Positions 39,793 through 49,565 of a DNA stretch of 64,000 nt are shown here, piece after piece (within the stretch, counting starts at the first letter, position 1; the number at the start of each line of letters is the position of its first letter). Origin of the DNA: Leptolyngbyaceae cyanobacterium (GTDB taxonomy: Bacteria > Cyanobacteriota > Cyanobacteriia > Phormidesmidales > Phormidesmidaceae); assembly GCA_965263355.1 (NCBI GenBank), contig CBDHHL010000033.1, positions 1-64,000 on the forward strand. The letters are read 5' to 3'. Both the position numbers and the translations under genes were made by a program. The notes under the pieces were generated by a model that saw only the letters and a list, made by a program, of their open reading frames with translations, ran no database searches and was not told where the DNA came from.

Positions 39793-40812
39793 TTACAATG
39801 GGATATCAGCCATAGCAACGGATTTGGTGGCAATCGTCTGGACGCCAGCCCCAACTAGTTGTTTTTGCTCTACAACCTCACCCTGAACCTGCTTCGGTTG
39901 GGCAGCAGACACTAACTTCTCTGCCTTAGGCTCACGGGAAAAGAACCCGCAATTTACGCGAATCCCGCCGCCGACTTCCTCCTTGGAGGATATATTGAAT
40001 GTCAGTGGCTTATTGGCTTCCAGTGTTTTGGTGTAAATTTTGGTGTTCCTGAGAAGCGCCTGTTCCAAGCGCTTCCCTTTACTCATCACAGGACCAATGC
40101 CTTCAAGATGGATTAACCAACTGCGGCCATATTCAGGGTGTGGATCATTCTCTTCGATGTCGTATACCCGATATTCGCCACACTCAAGATCATTAAGTGG
40201 CGTCCAATTTCCACCAGATGGGGGAGCCTTCAGTAATTCAGATACTTTATCTATCTGACCTTTGGAGAACCAAGATTTTACTTTAGCTTTTTGATGGCCG
40301 ATAGATGTTTCAAGTATGAATGGGACCTCAAAAGACTCATCAACAACATCAAAATATCCATCGAAATTAATCACCAAAGCTTTGATATCATTGCCATTTT
40401 CGTCTTTGGTCTCGCGCTCTTCTACGCCAACCTCGCCAACTGCTTCCCCGCATGTGATTTCAGAACCCTTGATTTGCAACATGTAAAAGTCATTGCAAAT
40501 TCGCATTGTAGGGATGCCATTCTCTCCCTTGAAAATTGCAGGCCCATACACTTGCTCGATGATGCCTTCGCCGTCACACTTGACGACTAAGGCATCGTCA
40601 GACTGAGCCTCAACACACCCAGGTTTAACAGAGTCTAAAAAATAAATGTACGTTTCAATAGCCTTGAACACTTCTGGCGCATCATCAGAGCCGATCCCAA
40701 CTTCAATTAGGTGAACTATCGTTTGCTCTAGCTCCTGACGAGTAACTGTTGAGTACCCCTTGGGGTACTCGTTGTCTTGAAGAAAAGAAAAGCTGTCAAC
40801 ATCGAATTTCAT
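39793..40812 (-). CDS. Putative ssDNA-binding/annealing protein
   Basis: Acidic, beta-rich; ends ADIPL like an SSB tail; sits beside the helicase. Confidence 0.4.
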   Translation of the reverse strand: MKFDVDSFSFLQDNEYPKGYSTVTRQELEQTIVHLIEVGIGSDDAPEVFKAIETYIYFLDSVKPGCVEAQSDDALVVKCDGEGIIEQVYGPAIFKGENGIPTMRICNDFYMLQIKGSEITCGEAVGEVGVEERETKDENGNDIKALVINFDGYFDVVDESFEVPFILETSIGHQKAKVKSWFSKGQIDKVSELLKAPPSGGNWTPLNDLECGEYRVYDIEENDPHPEYGRSWLIHLEGIGPVMSKGKRLEQALLRNTKIYTKTLEANKPLTFNISSKEEVGGGIRVNCGFFSREPKAEKLVSAAQPKQVQGEVVEQKQLVGAGVQTIATKSVAMADIPL

Positions 40813-41149
40813 TGGTTTTAATCCTCATTAATTTTGTGATAATTTCTCCGGGTTTAACGCCACGCCAGAACCGGGCGAATTAATCTCATTGCCAGTCAGA
40901 AACCTTCCACCAACTCAAGCCCAAACTCTTTGTACACCCGAAATACAGCCTTTCGGTAGAGCTCGACATTGCTGCTACCAACCATCCTGTTCAGCCCGAA
41001 ACATACAGGCACTCTGTGCGCACTGCGCGCAAACTCTCGGCGCAATACGCCAAGTTCGGGGAGTCGCATAATGTTGCGGTTGGCTTCATTCAGTCGCTCG
41101 TCGAGCGAGCGGTGTTGCAGCTCAATTGGCTGCAGATCATGGATTATTT

Positions 41150-41530
41150 TCATGACTCCTCTGACGTACTTAAAACAACTACAGCCTTGGGCTCAACTTT
41201 CTTTTTCCAGTCCAACGCAATCGTCAGGCTGGGCACCCGTCTCATGTTGTCGTCCACCAGCACTTTTGCCTGAACCAATGCGTCCAGAATCGAGCCAGCT
41301 ACGTTGTCGGCATCGCCTTGGCGGTTGTGCTGACCTGTTAAGCTGATGGTGACTTCGGCCTGTTCTAAAGGCTGCTGCTTCCACTGCCCAGAGATATCCG
41401 CTATCGCCCCACGCTTCCACTCGTTATACCGATGGGGGTGGTAGGTGCCGTTAGCAGTTGTTCTTGCCCTGGCCTTGGGGACGATTGGGCCAATCAGTTC
41501 AAAGGTGTAGACGCTCACGGCTTCTCCCAA
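41150..41530 (-). CDS. rusA: RusA-family Holliday junction resolvase
   Basis: PKARAR, GDADNVAGSILDAL, DDN. Confidence 0.9.
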   Translation of the reverse strand: MGEAVSVYTFELIGPIVPKARARTTANGTYHPHRYNEWKRGAIADISGQWKQQPLEQAEVTISLTGQHNRQGDADNVAGSILDALVQAKVLVDDNMRRVPSLTIALDWKKKVEPKAVVVLSTSEES

Positions 41531-42182
41531 AAGTGAAGTGGTTTAGCCGAGCCTTTCTGAATCACCCCATCAATCGAGTGGATTGTCCCCTGGCCCAAAT
41601 AATTCCAGGTTTTGTAGATGGCGCTCTTGCTTGAGCCGCACGCGTCATAGTTAACCAGCTGGTCATTAATTAGTGCGGTGCACTTAGACGTTTTTTCGTC
41701 ACTTAGCTTTATTCTCATTCTTCTTCAATCCCCAAAAACTCCAAGAGACCAGGCCCGACAACCGCTAACCCATACCCCAAGGACAAGTCCTCAGAGTCCT
41801 TAGGTAGCCAAGCAAGCTGACGCCTATCTGGGAACCGCTTAATCACTTCAGACCTTTCAGCCGCAAAGCGCCATGGAGCTGGGCATTCTGGCGGTTCTCC
41901 AGGTGACCCTAGGCAAAGCCAAAAGCCATCCAAGGAAAATATCTTAAATGCCTCAAAATCCCCTGGCTCATCCAGTTGGGTAGACAGGATATATCGCCAG
42001 TCTGCGAGCGAGTCGCAGCAGTCGATGCATCCGTAGTAGATGTCGCGTAGGGCACTTACCCCACACGTACTTTCTGTAAATTTGCGATAAACTGCGTACA
42101 AATATTCTGCGGGGTTTATCATGACTAGAGTCCACTATCTTGTTAAACGACGGCTGAAGGCTTCAGTGGCTTCAGCCGTTTT

Positions 42183-42362
42183 TCATGCTGCTTCCCTTTC
42201 TTTGTGCGCCTCTTTCCGAAGGGCGAGCAACAATAGTTGACCGCCAATCCGCCCAAGCGATTCCCTGGAGCGAATCTGTGCCTTGTGAAGCTTCAGTTTG
42301 TCTAAAACGTCACTTGGAATCCAGAGCGCTTCTAATCTTTCCCCTGTAGTTAAAGTAGGCAT
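42183..42362 (-). CDS. 59-aa Cro-position regulator (below the ORF-track cutoff)
   Basis: MPTLTTGERLEALWIPSDVLDKLKLHKA...EREAA; first gene after the leftward promoter; followed by a hairpin at ~42149-42180. Confidence 0.6.
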   Translation of the reverse strand: MPTLTTGERLEALWIPSDVLDKLKLHKAQIRSRESLGRIGGQLLLLALRKEAHKEREAA

Positions 42363-42386
42363 TTTCTTTGTGTCGCTACTTATCGA

Positions 42387-42415
42387 ATTATATAACCTCA
42401 GTTACGAAAACGCAA
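42387..42415 (-). promoter_or_regulatory. Leftward early promoter
   Basis: TTGCGT-17-TATAAT on the minus strand. Confidence 0.75.
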
Positions 42416-42525
42416 ACGAGATTTGTTTTTTGATCCTGAATTCGTTAGTTTATGTCACGTCCAAAATTGCTGAAACCTTTCAATATTGAGGCTTTCAAAA
42501 ATACAATTAGCGGAGCAAGATAGCG

Positions 42526-42951
42526 ATGGTTTGTATTGTGGATACTAAAGGGAAAACGTATAAAGGGAAGCGGTACTTTGGACAGTCAATTAATGATTTC
42601 AAGCAAAACCCTTCGTTGTGGCCGGGTTCGCTCGTTTCGTACTTTGAATCAATCCCCGTAAAGGAACGGCAGCGAGGGCTAACTGTATCAATGCTTTTGG
42701 ACTGGCTCGCTCAAGAAACGGGCATAGAGGAGCTGTCAGAAGGTTCCAGTAAGCACAAAAGCTACGTAACTTTATTGGGCCGCTATATAAGGTGGAGCTA
42801 CAACCCAGCGGAAACAGGAGCACAGGATGTACTCCTGTTGTCAGCAATTGCGCACTGCGGAATTATCCGTGATGCTCAGGGCTTGCCACTGAACGACGTG
42901 AAGACGTTAGCGAGGTTGATGAATGGGGATTACGATGACGCAGTACTGTAG
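42526..42951 (+). CDS. Candidate repressor
   Basis: Lies between the two divergent early promoters; weak HTH-like segment. Confidence 0.45.
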   Translation: MVCIVDTKGKTYKGKRYFGQSINDFKQNPSLWPGSLVSYFESIPVKERQRGLTVSMLLDWLAQETGIEELSEGSSKHKSYVTLLGRYIRWSYNPAETGAQDVLLLSAIAHCGIIRDAQGLPLNDVKTLARLMNGDYDDAVL

Positions 42952-43274
42952 CTAGAGCCTCCGCGTCCCACACAGCACATAGTCCTTTAGAATTCCGCAG
43001 GGTTAAGCAAGTTTGATCGCTTAACTCTGCGGAATTGATTTGATCTGGATTAGATAGATATTCATCTAATCGCCTTCTATCGTCCCTATCATCCGTATTT
43101 ATATAAGTGTTCACAATTGATTCTCAGGGGTTCACAGTTACTAGAATCACATGTTCGACTCAAGCGCATTATGACCAGATAACCACAAAACATGTGATTT
43201 ACGTCACATTCTCTAGCTGATTTACTCCGACGAAGGATAGACGTGACTCAATACATTTCTTTTCCGTAACTCAC

Positions 43275-43303
43275 TTGCGTTTTTGAATCTGACCTTATAT
43301 ACT
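43275..43303 (+). promoter_or_regulatory. Rightward early promoter
   Basis: TTGCGT-17-TATACT. Confidence 0.75.
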
Positions 43304-43481
43304 TATATAAGAACGCAAGATCAGCTATGGCCAACATCACCGCACCTACTACGGCGCAAGAAATGGCCCGCTAAGCGCCAGCCACTATTCTTGCGCACCA
43401 GGTGTGCGTAGTGTGGCATTGCTGCAACTGCGGCTAGGCGCTGAATTCGATCTCGACTGCTGTGCAGAACTCTAGGAAGCT

Positions 43482-46231
43482 ATGAAGTACCGTATCCACA
43501 CCTACAGACAGGTCGCCTCTGCGCTGTGGGAAGTCCCTGAGTACAGGCAGCATCGTTACAGCCATTTACCAGGCCGCAACGCTGGGAAGCCAGGGGAGAA
43601 GTTTCTGTGCTGGTCCCACTGTGAGGGGAAGGGCGGCATGATCAGGCTCACTCGCTGCAATGCCAAGTCTGCGGGGACGACGGTTAAATCACTGCTAAGA
43701 GCGTATCCGTCTGAGTGGTACGTGGTTGGTAGTCAGGGCGTGTGGATTGCGTTCCCTGATGCGATTCGGTACGGGGACGACTTGCGAGAGTTTAGTTATG
43801 TAGGGGTGGCATGACGCTTTGCCCTGGCCATCGTTGACTTGCCTATGCGGCCAGGGCTTTTCTGTTGTTGTTTTTTTTGGAGAAAGATTGTGGAGTTTGA
43901 TGTTCAAGCGTTTAAGGACGCAGTACTGCAGCGATGCAGAAAAGAGATGCCTGATACTCCGAGTGACGCGGAGGTTAGGCTGAGCATGCCTTCTAGCGAC
44001 GATCCTCGCTTATGGGTAGACATTGTTAGTAACGAGTTCTACGAGAATACTGCTGCGAAGTATCAGAAAGAATTCCCAGGCGACGAGCCAATGGGTGAGC
44101 CTGTTTTTGCTCAATACATCCTAGTGAGTAATGAACTTCTGCAGGAAAAGTGCCCTGAGTTTTATGAGGCATATGGCCAATGAATAATCCAGTGTTCCAG
44201 CGAAACTCCCTCGGGTTTTGGTGCTGGAAAACAGCGTTGGTGCAGTCGGATACGTTGTTCCCCAGTAAAGAGGAAGCCAGAGAGGACTATCGGAGCTGGG
44301 CTGCAGTTTATAAAAATGATGAGGATTTGTTTTAACCATGCACACCCTATTGTCCATAGGTCAGCTGTTGTTAATGATCGCCGTTGCCCTCAGCGGTTGG
44401 GTGATCATTTGGAGGTTTGCGAATGCTTAGATCAAGAGGAATCCCGTTATCTGTCAATAACGAGGAGTGGGTGTACGGGACGCCCAAGAAATTTATACCA
44501 GGGTGGCCTTTGAGCCCTGTTGATACATGGGACTGGTGGAACAACTTTTATTCAAACAGAAAGAAGCATCAGGGCAAGCGAGCCAGACGACGAAACCGAT
44601 GGAGGAAACGCAATGTTTGAAGTTTTAATTTTAGTAGCCACTGTCGCCCTCGCCGTACCGTTAATTATTGGGGCATTGTACGTGGTGCTTTGGCCAAGAT
44701 GTGACTTTGATGGGAGGCAGTGACGGTGATTGATGCACTAAATCTTTCGAAGATTAACGCCTTACCTCAGCCGCTGACGGCGCAGATCAGAGGTAACGAA
44801 TGGCCAATATTCGATATTGAAGTGTCATCGGCGTTGGCCCGGATCGACGTAATGAACCAGCTAGAGTGTATTTCCTTTAGCGAAATAAGTGTGATTGTTG
44901 ATGCTGATGGACAGGAACATGATCCTGATACGTTTTGGAGTGACTTTGATGGGAGGGAACGGAGGTGAAAACAATATCTGACGAATTAACAGGCATTCAA
45001 CACGCCCATACGTTAAGTACTGAAGCCGAGTGTGATTTGAACTTAGCCCTGCCTGGTGGCCCCGTCCTTAGTGGCGATAGCTTAGCTTTTGCCGCCGCAA
45101 AATATATCAGACAGTTGATCAAAGAGCGAGTAGATCTGTTCGATAAGCCTCTTGATTGGCTTGAAAAATACGAAGATTATCTAAGCACGGATGGCAGCTT
45201 AAGCCCTACAGAGTTTGGGGATCTTTTGCAAGAAAAAGAAGCTCTGGAATATATGGAGGAATGGACTCCTGAGGAACAAAAGCGGCTTGAAGAAATAGAC
45301 AGAATCCTAAACCCCGACGAGCCGCCGACTTACTAACCCTTCACCCCAGCACAGTGCAGTCACCACAGACAGCGTGGCCGTCCGGGCAGTGCGGACCTGG
45401 GGCATCCCCTGAAAAGGGAGAATTGACAACGGAGAACATATGAGAAATGAACCAATTACACCCCCAACCAATGGGGTGGTAGAGCAGCCTGAAACAGGGT
45501 ATCAGCGAGGCGAGTTGCTTGGGCTCAGTGCTCAGGTATGCAGCGTGGTGCTGCCTAAAATACGGGGGCAGTATGGCAAAAACTCTTAGCTCTGAGCAGT
45601 GGAAGAAGCAGGTGGCCCAGGCTATAGCCCAGAACATAGGGCCAACTGGAAACCAACAGATCCTGGACCTATCAATAGACAGATACGCATCGCTGGTCAA
45701 ACTGCCATCAGAAACACTAGAAGAACGCGGCAGAGTGGTTCGACGGGCGATCGCAGATTATCCACAACTATTCAATTGAACTATGAAACAACAACCAAAC
45801 ACACCCAGGGTCATCCAACGACCCTATCGAAATAGCTCAGGTGAAATTGTCAACCTCGACTTTGACCGAACCACTGGAGAAACCTTTCTCTATGGCCGTT
45901 GGTGGGATGAAGCCGCTTTAAGGCAGATCGGCGTTCTTCAGCAATCGATCACCAAGCCCCTGCCTACTCCGAAGCCCCTCCCATTCGGCGACCCTAACAA
46001 ATATGAGGGCCGTTGGAGGACAACTCGAACTCGCGGGTCCAAAGAGGGGACGGGGAAGTTTATTTAATGGAACTACTCAGCTTTTTGTTGGAAGGAAGTA
46101 GTAGCGAGGCGGCGTTAAATCGTGCTGCTGTCGATGCGGAGGCAAAGCCAGAAGTGATTTCGTCGGAGTCGCTACTGCTTGAACTTTTTGGAAAGACTTA
46201 TTCGCAGGAGAAAGATGACAAGACAACTTAA
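43482..46231 (+). CDS. Cluster of small early hypothetical genes
   Basis: Overlapping same-strand ORFs, e.g. 43482-43814, 44720-44968, 44965-45336, 45783-46067. Confidence 0.6.
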
Positions 46232-46421
46232 TACTATTAGCTCGGAAGTCGAACTGCCTGAAGCTCTTGACGAGTCAATCACGAAATATTTAGAGGCTCA
46301 CCCTCGATGGAGTAAAGAGAGATTAGACCAAGCCGCATACTCGTTGTTCCTGATGCAGAACGGGGTTAAAGACCCTGCTGTTAATGCACTGTACTTAGAT
46401 AGTTTATTCGGAGAGGCATAA
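46179..46421 (+). CDS. DUF2811-family protein
   Basis: ELPEALDES..YLEAHPRWSKERL..AAYSLFLMQNG; true start probably at MTRQ. Confidence 0.8.
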   Translation: MNFLERLIRRRKMTRQLNTISSEVELPEALDESITKYLEAHPRWSKERLDQAAYSLFLMQNGVKDPAVNALYLDSLFGEA

Positions 46422-47128
46422 GATGCTTTATATATCAACAAAGCGCAAAACGATGAATTTTGAAATTGTAGGAGTGTGGTTTCAAAAAATTCATACAACC
46501 CTTGAATCCGCAAAAAGCACGTTCCCGCATGACTGCAAAACTTCAATAGAAAGCTGCGAAGAGAACGACGGCGGCCCATACGGGTCTCTGAACAACGCAA
46601 CATTCTATTACGTCCAGGTCAAAGCGCCTGAAGATACCGACAAACGCTTTATCGAAGGCATCCGCAGCATCTTGGACGCAGTTGCAAGCTAGTTTAATTT
46701 TAACCCGGTGGTCAGCTGTCAACTCCCCACCGGGCACCCACCACAAAGGAAGGATAAATCGATGATACGACTATTATGCGTGACCATGCTAGTGCTAACA
46801 GCCGCAAACCCAGCTATAGCTGAAACCCGGCAAGGGCTACCAAGTGATGACGTGCTCTGCAGTGCGCGGTCTTGTCCTAGGGCTGAATTCTGGCCTACAG
46901 ACGACGATCAAGCACCCGAACCCTGCGAAGAGTGCGCATTGGGGGGAGCAGGTCGATGAGCCCAGGCGACACAGTGACTATAGATTCTGATGCTACAAGG
47001 CTGACTCGGTGGCAAGCCCCGTACGCAGGCCAGACAGGCACTGTTGTTAGCGTTGGCCTGACAACAGCCAGGGTGAAATTCGCCAACGGCTCAATGCTTA
47101 ATTTTCAGTTTGCGAGTTTGGAGACAGT

Positions 47129-47311
47129 ATGAGACAAAAAATAAAAAGCCTTCTGATTAGCTACGGATACAGCGACGATGAGGCCGAAAAGTGGCTTAAG
47201 GCCCCACACAGAGAGCTAGAGGGCAGCACTCCCGACAGCCTAATCAGCGCTGGGGCAGGGCAGGTTGTTTTGGAGCTGATACTTTCCTGGGAGTCAGGAA
47301 CCCCAAGCTAG
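47129..47311 (+). CDS. Stand-alone Xre/MbcA/ParS antitoxin C-terminal domain (DUF2384-like)
   Basis: AEKWLKAPHRELEGSTPDSLI..G...VLELI..WESG. Confidence 0.8.
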   Translation: MRQKIKSLLISYGYSDDEAEKWLKAPHRELEGSTPDSLISAGAGQVVLELILSWESGTPS

Positions 47312-47370
47312 AATAAAGCCAACCTGATGGATAGATAACGCAGTCTTTCGAGGCTGCGTTTTTTGTTGGG

Positions 47371-47740
47371 CTATTGATATAGTTCGGTGTCAGGGCTTGA
47401 GAGTAGAGTGAATCGGCCATCAGTGAATTCGTCGAGGGGGCGTAACCAGCATCGCCCGTTAGGCTCGCATTCTCTGGGGTTTGTGTTTTCATATGCCACG
47501 CACTTAGCGCCCAATGGGGGATTAGCATATATTGCCTGGTCGATACTCGTATACAGGTAATGCAAAGTTTCGGAGCCGTGTAACCTGTATTGGCGCCATG
47601 GCCTGAAAAAGTAACTATGGCCTGTGTCTTCCCCCCCCAGGCTGCACAATCGCAATCACGCGATACTCGTGCCACTTGTCCGCAGTAGGATCATGCTTGC
47701 GGTGTCGATAGATTTGGCCGGGCTTGGGTTCTTTGGTCAT
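47371..47740 (-). pseudogene. DUF1653-like gene frameshifted at a G8 tract
   Basis: N-half PGQIYRHRK..YRVIAI and C-half VAYE..WLRPLDEF lie in different frames that join if G8 becomes G7. Confidence 0.75.
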
Positions 47741-48286
47741 TCTTACTCCAATGGATAGCTTTTGTTTTCTTCAAATAGAAGCCCCTGCATAACAACCTCT
47801 GCATCGCTTAGCGGTTCTTTTTGCCCGTACGGGTCTACTGCTGGTGTTCCGCAATGGCTACAAATAGGACCACCTTTCACACGCCATGTAGTAAATTCCT
47901 TTACACGGCATTCAGGATTTTCACATTTTGTCCATCGGCTCATATTCAATTAACCCCAAACACAACAAAACTCCGCTCAGCCTATTTGGCCAAACAGAGT
48001 GCAATCTTCTATTTCATTTGGTAGAATTGTAGTGACATTTCGCAAGTTTTGGTTGCGTTCTCGTCATTTAGTCATTCGTAAGTAGCGTTACGTCTGACTT
48101 CCAAAATTATAGCAAATTAAACAGCCGCTGGAGCTATGCCCTGGCGGTTTTGCTATGTCTGGGAGATATCCGCTGCAATGACCATGCCCGCTGCTTTCGC
48201 GATATCAGACGCCTAGGGCTGGCAGCGGGCTTATTGGGGTTTAGGGTTGAGGTTTTGTTGGGTTATAGTCTTGGTAGCGAGAAACC

Positions 48287-48958
48287 TTGATTATGACAAA
48301 ACTATTGCTGATTGATCTTGACGGCACTGCACGCAGAACGATATCAGGCCAGGTGTGCCCCACATACCCCAAGGACCAAGTTTTAATTGCGAAGACAGCC
48401 AACCTTTGCCAAAGACTAAAAGCAGCTCATTGGGTTATCGTCGCTGTTACCAACCAAGGTGGTTGTGAGGACATCAACCCTGACACTGGCAAGCCATATA
48501 AAACCCATCTCCAGGCTGTTGCAGAGTGCAAGTATTTTCTTGATATAGCCCCATGGTGCGACTGGATATATATGTGTCCGAACGGGAAAATGAGCGATCG
48601 CGATGAGGTTTATCGCGTATCCCGTTGTAGTTGGCTGGCCCCATTCCGAAAGTACTCAGTTGTTCACGAGCATAACGACGACCATCCGCATTATCAAACT
48701 CAAGGCTACCGCAAGCCAAAGCCAGGGATGCTGGAACTTGCTATCAGAGACCAAGAAGGGATGGAGTATGCCGAGGCAAGATCCCTGGGCATACGTGAAC
48801 GGGATATGGAGATTGACGTGAAGGCGCTAATGGTTGGTGACATGGAAAGCGACTGGATTGCCGCTTCTGCGCTGAAGCTGCCTTACTTGCCTGTTAAAGA
48901 GTTTCAACTGGAGACAGTAGAGAGCCTGGAACGACTCTTAGATATCTCTAGCAATTAA
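48287..48958 (+). CDS. HAD IIIA phosphatase (GmhB/polynucleotide 3'-phosphatase-like)
   Basis: DLDGT, TNQGG, RKPKPGM, VGDMESD. Confidence 0.9.
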   Translation: MIMTKLLLIDLDGTARRTISGQVCPTYPKDQVLIAKTANLCQRLKAAHWVIVAVTNQGGCEDINPDTGKPYKTHLQAVAECKYFLDIAPWCDWIYMCPNGKMSDRDEVYRVSRCSWLAPFRKYSVVHEHNDDHPHYQTQGYRKPKPGMLELAIRDQEGMEYAEARSLGIRERDMEIDVKALMVGDMESDWIAASALKLPYLPVKEFQLETVESLERLLDISSN

Positions 48959-49138
48959 CTGACTTGCTAACCAACGCAACACGATCTCTAACTCAGTTGA
49001 GTTCTCGGTCGATTCAATGCTTAATTCGTGCAGTGTGTGGAGCATGGGTTATTCCCTCGCTTAAATTTATAGTCTTGGCCTTGGGCCTTTTCTTCCAAAG
49101 CCACCGATGGCAGCTTATCCAATTGGATATCAGCTGGG

Positions 49139-49420
49139 TTAATCATCTTCTTCTATCCTCAGCAGGTCTAGTATCGCTACCTCTTGTCCAGACCAGATAG
49201 AGGCCAGTCGTGCCAATTTCACTTGGTTCGAGAAATGCCCCCTGTCCAGTCGTCCATCTAACGCCAATCTCAAAGTATTACGGCCCACTTCGTTAGGACC
49301 ACCCAAAAGACTTGTGTACACGGAATTAACCGATACGGGCTCCCCCGCTTCATCTTTGGGCCAGTATTTCGAAATATCTAAGTAAACTTTCACGGCGTCA
49401 GGCATAGACAGAACATCCAT
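49139..49420 (-). CDS. Probable HTH regulator
   Basis: VGRNTLRLAL..LARL..ILDLL XRE-like pattern; divergent from palindromic operators. Confidence 0.55.
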   Translation of the reverse strand: MDVLSMPDAVKVYLDISKYWPKDEAGEPVSVNSVYTSLLGGPNEVGRNTLRLALDGRLDRGHFSNQVKLARLASIWSGQEVAILDLLRIEEDD

Positions 49421-49438
49421 AGATTGTCCTCCAAATAC

Positions 49439-49522
49439 TTGACTTTTTGGAATATTAACGCATTGATTTACTGAAAGTCAACACTTCAACCTATTGACAT
49501 GTTGAAAGTCAACGTGCATAAT
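49439..49522 (+). promoter_or_regulatory. Promoter with TTGA-N11-TCAA operators
   Basis: TTGACA-17-CATAAT; TTGATTTACTGAAAGTCAA and TTGACATGTTGAAAGTCAA. Confidence 0.7.
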
Positions 49523-49565
49523 AGTAGCCAAGCAAGCAGACCACCCCTCACACGGAGCTAAACCA

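Noticed and set aside
43327..43442. tmRNA or tRNA
   Set aside because: No T-arm GTTCGA in a cloverleaf, no acceptor stem with CCA, and the peptide lacks an AA end; no convincing tRNA seen anywhere in the window
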